From an uncultured Solirubrobacterales bacterium (GTDB taxonomy: Bacteria; Actinomycetota; Thermoleophilia; Solirubrobacterales; 70-9): 64,000 bases of DNA. The notes beneath the pieces are model-generated. The model saw only the letters and a list, made by a program, of their open reading frames with translations, was not told the DNA's origin and made no database searches. The stretch is taken from the NCBI GenBank assembly GCA_963770315.1, contig CAVYPC010000002.1:2227168-2291167 (forward strand). The letters run 5' to 3'. Position numbers and translations under genes: made by a program. Below are positions 58,979 to 64,000 of the stretch, one piece after another. Position 1 is the stretch's first letter, and each line of letters begins with the position of its first letter.

Positions 58979-60721
58979 TCAGCCGCCGTTGTTGAGGCCG
59001 GCCACGGGCGTGCCGTGGACGACGTCGGCGCAGAGGAGGGGCGGCGGATCGAAGGAGTCGGTGAGGGCGCGACCGGCGGGCGTGCCGTGGAGGATCGGTT
59101 CGGGGCGCGGGCCCTTCTTGGGCTTCGGCGGTTGGGTGTAGAAGCCGGCGCCGCACTGGATCACTTCGTCGCGGACGCCGTCGCGGGCGTCGATCGTGTC
59201 GTCGCCGCCGTTGCCGTAGAAGCGGTCGACGCCCGGTTGGCCGAGCATCGCGTTGGGGCCGCTGTCGCCGATCAGCACGTCGTAGTCGAAGGAGCCCTCC
59301 ATGTCCTCGTCGCTGGGATCGAGGCGGACCGGGTGGCAGCCCTTGACGACGTCGATCCAGGCTTTGTGCTGGAGAAAGGAGATGTAGAGGATGCCGGGGT
59401 GGGCCTGGGTCTCGGCGAAGGAGGCGTCGTCGCGGCCTTCGCCGCCGACGATCGCGCCGCCGGCGCAGCCGCCGCCCGCCGCGAGCAGGTCGCCGTTTCC
59501 TTCCCCATATAAGAAGGTCGGCCCGGGCAGGCCGCCGACCAACCCGTCGGCGCCGTCGCCGCCGTAGAGGCGGTCGGCGCCGGGACCGGACTCGAGCAGG
59601 TCGTCCTCGGGGCCGGCTTTGATCGTGTCGTCGCCGAAGCCGCCGGCGATTCGGACGTTCGCCGCGGCCTGCAGCGAGCCTTCGACCGTGAGCCGGTCGT
59701 TGCCGGGGCCGAGGTCGGCCATCAGCCAGCGCGCCGGCCCTTCGGTCGCGCAGACGACCCGCTTCGGGTCTTCCCCCGACCGCGTGCAGCCGGCGCCGAT
59801 CGCCACCCCCCTGGCGGCGGTGATGCCAAAGCTCTCCGAGGCTTCGTCGAAGGCGACGGTGAAGTCGTCGGGGCCGCCGCCGCCGACGATCGAGAGTCCC
59901 CCGCCGGTGCCTTTGGTGCGGTCGACCTGGATATAGGCCGAAGCCTTAGGCGGCGCTTCCTTGCCGCAGGAGACGGCGTTCTTCGCCCCGAAGCAGGCAT
60001 CGCTTCCCTGGCCGCCGACGATCGCGTCCTCCCCACCCCCGCCACGGATGACGTCGTCGCCGGGACCGCCGTTGATCGCGTTGTCGCCCTTGCTGCCGAT
60101 CAAGGTGTCGCGGAAGGCCGAGCCTTCGATGCTCTCCAGCCGGAAGAGGCGATCGTGGCCGTCGCCCCGGGCCCTGTGCCCGTGCAGCGAGACCCAGACG
60201 CCGTCGCCCCTGCCCCCTGCGACCTTGGTCGCGAAGGAGGCGATGTCGCCTTTGCCCGGGCCACCGTCCATGCGGTCGTAGCCGTAGTCGCCGTGGACGA
60301 GGTCGAATTCGCCGGGACCGCCGTTGAGGGTGTCGATGCCGAGGCTGCCGGCGACCTCATCGGCGTTGCCGGTGCCGCCGAGGATCTTGTCGTCGCCGAG
60401 GTCGCCGATGACGCGATCGGTCCCGGCCCCGCCGTCAGCCGTGTCGTTGCCGCGCCCGCCGTGGATCAGGTCGTCGCCGGGGCCGCCGCAGAGCAGGTCG
60501 TTGCCGAGGCTGCCGAGGATTTCGTCGTCCCCCCCACCGCCCCAGATCACGTCGCGGCCAGGGGTCCCGCGCAGCACATCCGACCCTTCGGTGCCGACGA
60601 TCTTCGCCCGCCGCCCGTGGCAGCGCGCTTCGTCTTCTTCCTTGACCGGCGCTGCGCCGAGGGCGAAAAAGGCGCCCAGCAGCACCAGCCCGATCGCGAT
60701 TCCCCTGCCCATCAACCTCAT
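58979..60721 (-). CDS. secreted protein with hemolysin-type (RTX-like) calcium-binding GGxGxD repeats
   Basis: Signal-like GIAIGLVLLGAFFALGAAP. Repeat runs GGGGDDEILGSLGNDLLCGGPGDDLIHGGRGNDTADGGAGTD and GGPGDDVIRGGGGEDAIVGGQGSD. The start is 60721 or 60712; the ORF-track start at 60754 lies in low-GC, probably untranslated, sequence. Confidence 0.8.
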   Translation of the reverse strand: MRLMGRGIAIGLVLLGAFFALGAAPVKEEDEARCHGRRAKIVGTEGSDVLRGTPGRDVIWGGGGDDEILGSLGNDLLCGGPGDDLIHGGRGNDTADGGAGTDRVIGDLGDDKILGGTGNADEVAGSLGIDTLNGGPGEFDLVHGDYGYDRMDGGPGKGDIASFATKVAGGRGDGVWVSLHGHRARGDGHDRLFRLESIEGSAFRDTLIGSKGDNAINGGPGDDVIRGGGGEDAIVGGQGSDACFGAKNAVSCGKEAPPKASAYIQVDRTKGTGGGLSIVGGGGPDDFTVAFDEASESFGITAARGVAIGAGCTRSGEDPKRVVCATEGPARWLMADLGPGNDRLTVEGSLQAAANVRIAGGFGDDTIKAGPEDDLLESGPGADRLYGGDGADGLVGGLPGPTFLYGEGNGDLLAAGGGCAGGAIVGGEGRDDASFAETQAHPGILYISFLQHKAWIDVVKGCHPVRLDPSDEDMEGSFDYDVLIGDSGPNAMLGQPGVDRFYGNGGDDTIDARDGVRDEVIQCGAGFYTQPPKPKKGPRPEPILHGTPAGRALTDSFDPPPLLCADVVHGTPVAGLNNGG

Positions 60722-60782
60722 CCGATAGAGAATACCATTTGGATTGCTATCCAATTTCGTTCATGCTCGCTATCCTTGACCG

Positions 60783-61007
60783 ATGGCCACCGCTTCCAAC
60801 AGGCACAAGACGTCGTTCGAGATCGACACCGACAAGGTCACGGCGGCGAAGGAGGTCCTCGGCACCAAGACGCTGACCGACACCGTGGACGCCGCGCTGT
60901 CGGAAGTCGTCAGGCTGCGACAGCGGCGGCAACTGGTCGAGCTGCTCTTCAGGCCAGGGGCGCTGGCCCTCGACGAGCCGGAGACCATGGCCGACGCCTG
61001 GCGCTGA
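60783..61007 (+). CDS. vapB: type II antitoxin, VapB family
   Basis: 74 aa. KTSFEIDTDKVTAAKEVLGTKTLTDTVDAALSEVV matches the TxxDIDdeLl..A....g..tk...V..AL pattern. It is upstream of a PIN gene. Confidence 0.75.
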   Translation: MATASNRHKTSFEIDTDKVTAAKEVLGTKTLTDTVDAALSEVVRLRQRRQLVELLFRPGALALDEPETMADAWR

Positions 61008-61019
61008 CACTCCGCCCCG

Positions 61020-61436
61020 GTGCCCGCCTTCATTGCCGACAAGAGCGCCCTGACCCGTCGCGAGACCCGGCCGGAGGTGCGCGAAGTGCTGGAGCCGTTG
61101 CTGGTGGCGGGAGAGATCGCGACCTGCGGCATCGTCGACCTGGAGCTTCTCTACAGCGCCCGGGACCGCGCCACCTACCGAGCCCTGGTCGAGGCCCTGC
61201 GAGGGATGCCCCGGGTACCCGTCGAGGACGCAGCAGTGAGCCGAGCGCTCGAGGTCCAGGCGATGCTCGCCGAGCGCTCCCAGCATCGCGCGGTCCCGCT
61301 TCCCGATCTGCTGATAGCGGCCTGCGCCGAGCTGGCGGGGCTGGCGGTGCTGCACTACGACGCCGACTTCGAGCGGATCGCGGAGCTCACCGGCCAGCCC
61401 GTGCAGTGGATCGTCCCTCGCGGCAGCGTGTCGTAG
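61020..61436 (+). CDS. vapC: PIN-domain ribonuclease toxin
   Basis: 138 aa. FIADKSAL...DLELLYSA...PDLLIAACA...LHYDADFE carries the PIN acidic residues. Confidence 0.85.
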   Translation: MPAFIADKSALTRRETRPEVREVLEPLLVAGEIATCGIVDLELLYSARDRATYRALVEALRGMPRVPVEDAAVSRALEVQAMLAERSQHRAVPLPDLLIAACAELAGLAVLHYDADFERIAELTGQPVQWIVPRGSVS

Positions 61437-61446
61437 CCGGCACTGT

Positions 61447-62889
61447 CTATTCGAGGTTGATCATGACGTGCTTGATCTCGGTGTAGTCCTCGAGCGCATA
61501 CATGGAGAGATCCTTGCCGTAGCCGGATTCCTTGTAGCCGCCGTGCGGCATCTCGGAGACGAGCGGGATGTGGTCGTTGATCCAGACGCAGCCGAAGCGC
61601 AGTGCGTTGGCGACCCGCATCGCGCGGCCGACGTCGCGGGTCCAGACCGAGGAGGCGAGGCCGTAGGGGGTCCCGTTCGCCCACTCGATCGCCTTCGCCT
61701 CGTCGCTGAAGGGCTGCACGGTGATCACCGGGCCGAAAATCTCCTTCTGGATCATCTCGTCGCCCTGCTCGAGCCCAGCGACGACCGCCGGCTCGAGGAA
61801 GTAGCCCGGCAGGTCGGGCTGGGTGCCGCCGGTGACGATCTCGGCGTTGCCGGGCCTGCGCTCGAGAAAGCCCTCGACCCGCTCGCGCTGGCGCTCGGAG
61901 TTGAGCGGCCCGAGGGTCGTGTCGGCGCTGAGGGTATCGCCGAGGACGAGCCCCTTCGCTTCGCCGACGAGGCCATTGACGACGTCGTCGTAGATCCCTT
62001 TCGAGGTGAGCACGCGGGTCGCCGCCGTGCAGTCCTGGCCGGCGTTGTAGTAGCCGGTGCCGGCGATCGTCTCCATCGCGGCTCCCATGTCGACGTCGTC
62101 GAAGACGACGACCGGCGCCTTGCCGCCGAGCTCGAGGTGCACCCGCTTCAGCGTGTCGGCCGCCGCCTTGGCGATCCACTTGCCGGTCGGCGGCGAGCCG
62201 GTCAGCGAGACCATCTCGACGTCGGGGTGGGTGACCAGCTCGACCCCGGTCGGCTCGCCGTGCCCGCCGATCGCGTTGAGCACGCCCGGCGGCAGCAGGT
62301 CGGCGCACCACTCGGCGAAGAGCAGCGTCGTCAGCGGCGTCGTCTCGGCCGGCTTGAGGACGACGGTGTTGCCGGCGGCGAGCGCCGGCCCGATCTTCCA
62401 GATCGCCATCATCAGCGGGTAGTTCCAGGGGGTGATCTGGCCGACGACGCCGATCGGCTCGCGGCGGATGAAGGAGGTGTGGCCCTCCATGTACTCGCCC
62501 GCCGCGCGGCCCTCCATGCAGCGGGCAGCGCCGGCGAAGAAGCGCAGGTTGTCGGCCATCACCGGCACCTCGTCCTCGAGCACCGCGCCCCGCGGCTTGC
62601 CCGCGTCGGCGGCCTCGAGGTCGGCGATCTCCTCACCCCGCTCCTCGATCAGGTCGGCCATCCGCAGCAGTGCTCGCGCCCGTTCTCCGGGCGGGGTCGC
62701 GGCCCAGCCCTCGAAGGCCCCCTTGGCGGCGGCGACCGCGGCGGCGACGTCGGGCTTGGTCGAGAGCGGCGCCTCGGCGATCGCCTCTCCGCTCGCCGGA
62801 TTGACCACGTCCTCGCTCTGCCCCTCGGCCGGATCCACGGCCTTGCCGCCGATGAAGTTCCTCAGCTTCGTCTTCGTCGCCGCAGCCAT
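61447..62889 (-). CDS. NAD-dependent aldehyde dehydrogenase
   Basis: Start [15 protein letters not shown] at 62889 (ATGA overlap with the ald stop). Catalytic Glu in HLELGGKAP and catalytic Cys in GQDCTAATR. Confidence 0.9.
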   Translation of the reverse strand: MAAATKTKLRNFIGGKAVDPAEGQSEDVVNPASGEAIAEAPLSTKPDVAAAVAAAKGAFEGWAATPPGERARALLRMADLIEERGEEIADLEAADAGKPRGAVLEDEVPVMADNLRFFAGAARCMEGRAAGEYMEGHTSFIRREPIGVVGQITPWNYPLMMAIWKIGPALAAGNTVVLKPAETTPLTTLLFAEWCADLLPPGVLNAIGGHGEPTGVELVTHPDVEMVSLTGSPPTGKWIAKAAADTLKRVHLELGGKAPVVVFDDVDMGAAMETIAGTGYYNAGQDCTAATRVLTSKGIYDDVVNGLVGEAKGLVLGDTLSADTTLGPLNSERQRERVEGFLERRPGNAEIVTGGTQPDLPGYFLEPAVVAGLEQGDEMIQKEIFGPVITVQPFSDEAKAIEWANGTPYGLASSVWTRDVGRAMRVANALRFGCVWINDHIPLVSEMPHGGYKESGYGKDLSMYALEDYTEIKHVMINLE

Positions 62890-64000
62890 CAGTCGCGCAC
62901 CTCCGCGTTTTCTTGGGGCCGATGGGCCGAAAGGCGGACTCCGGCTCCGCTTTCCTGCCCGTCGACGGGTGGTTGGTCCATGCCAAGCGCCTGCTCGACC
63001 GGGACGCACTCCATCCCCACGGCCTCGGCGACCGCCGGGTGGGTCACCTGGCCGGCCGCGACGTTCACTCCGGGGCGCAGGCCTGGGTCGCGCCGGATCG
63101 CGCCCTCGACACCGCGGTCGGCGAGCGCGATCGCGTAGGGAAGGGTGGCGTTGGTGAGGGCGTGGGTGGAGGTGATCGGGACCGCGCCGGGCATGTTCGC
63201 GACGCAGTAGTGGGTGATCCCGTCGACCTCGAAGGTCGGATCGTGGTGGGTGGTCGGGCGCGAGGTCTCGAAGCAGCCGCCCTGGTCGATCGCCACGTCG
63301 ACCAGCACCGCGCCCGGCTTCATCAGCGCCAGCTGCTCGCGGCGCACTACATAAGGGGCGCGGGCGCCGTGGACGAGGACGGCGCCGATCACTAGGTCAG
63401 CGCGGGGCAGCATCTCCTCGACCGCGAGGGTGGTCGAGTAGACGGTCGAGCAGGCGCCGGCGAAGGCGATGTCGAGCTGGCGCAGGCGGTCGATCGACTT
63501 GTCGTAGACGAACACGTCGGCACCCATCCCGATCGCGACGAAGGCGGCGTTCATGCCGACCACGCCGCCGCCGATCACCATCACGTTGGCCGCCGCCACG
63601 CCCGGCACGCCGCCGAGCAGTATGCCGCGCCCGCCGAGCGGCTTCTCGAGCATGAAGGCGCCGGCCTGGGTGGCGATCTTGCCGGCGATCTCGCTCATCG
63701 GCGCCAGCAGCGGCAGCCGCCCCGCCGCGTCCTCGACCGTCTCGTAGGCGACGCAGGTGGCGCCTGAGGCGCAGAGGCCGCGGGTCTGCTCGGGGTCGGG
63801 GGCCAGATGGAGGTAGGTGAAGAGGAGCTGGCCGCGCCGCAGCATCTCGATCTCGGGCGCCTGCGGCTCCTTCACCTTGAGCACCATCCCCGCCTCGGCG
63901 AAGACCGAGGCCGCGTTGGGGACGATGCGGGCGCCCTGCGACTCGAACTCGGCGTCGGCGATAGCGCTGCCCTCGCCGGCGCCGGCCTCGATCAGCACCA
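62889..64000 (-). CDS. ald: alanine dehydrogenase (N-terminus outside window)
   Basis: [12 protein letters not shown] site [12 protein letters not shown] and [12 protein letters not shown]. The frame is open to the window edge. Confidence 0.9.
   Translation of the reverse strand, partial: VLIEAGAGEGSAIADAEFESQGARIVPNAASVFAEAGMVLKVKEPQAPEIEMLRRGQLLFTYLHLAPDPEQTRGLCASGATCVAYETVEDAAGRLPLLAPMSEIAGKIATQAGAFMLEKPLGGRGILLGGVPGVAAANVMVIGGGVVGMNAAFVAIGMGADVFVYDKSIDRLRQLDIAFAGACSTVYSTTLAVEEMLPRADLVIGAVLVHGARAPYVVRREQLALMKPGAVLVDVAIDQGGCFETSRPTTHHDPTFEVDGITHYCVANMPGAVPITSTHALTNATLPYAIALADRGVEGAIRRDPGLRPGVNVAAGQVTHPAVAEAVGMECVPVEQALGMDQPPVDGQESGAGVRLSAHRPQENAEVRD

Overview
Visibly high-GC, actinobacterial-type chromosome segment (GC not computed; no database search was possible). 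It is dominated by the transcription/translation core. On the minus strand, from high to low coordinates, lie rpmG-secE-nusG-rplK-rplA-rplJ-rplL-rpoB-rpoC (45.5 to 34.2 kb), then fusA-tuf and the S10, spc and alpha operons from rpsJ to rplQ (30.0 to 10.0 kb). Many of these genes share 1-4 nt stop/start overlaps. The left flank (0-10 kb) holds housekeeping genes: a DsbA-like protein, acyl-CoA ligase, patatin, PBP4-type carboxypeptidase, ligA, surE and truA. The right flank (45.6-64 kb) holds a frameshifted acyl-CoA dehydrogenase, a decayed DUF234-type ATPase, a DUF480 gene and tRNA-Thr(GGU). It continues with a roughly 12.5-kb accessory block and ends with aldehyde dehydrogenase and alanine dehydrogenase. 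The accessory block contains a collagen-like/NHL-Ig-FN3-PD40 giant/970-aa orphan operon, two vapBC pairs and an RTX-like protein. Main points of interest: (1) the uncharacterised secreted-protein operon, whose promoter carries a perfect palindrome; (2) a family of about 120-nt palindromic intergenic elements with a conserved core and copy-specific complementary outer arms (5 copies); (3) a broken str operon, with rpsL-rpsG inverted relative to fusA-tuf, an upstream membrane ORF overlapping rpsL by 148 nt, and a monooxygenase gene bracketed by two of the palindromic elements; (4) infA is missing from its usual map-infA-rpmJ slot, which instead holds a DUF2283-like gene, a toxin remnant and a perfect 34-bp tandem duplication; (5) long low-complexity extensions on several ribosomal proteins. 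No rRNA, CRISPR array, transposase or integrase was seen.
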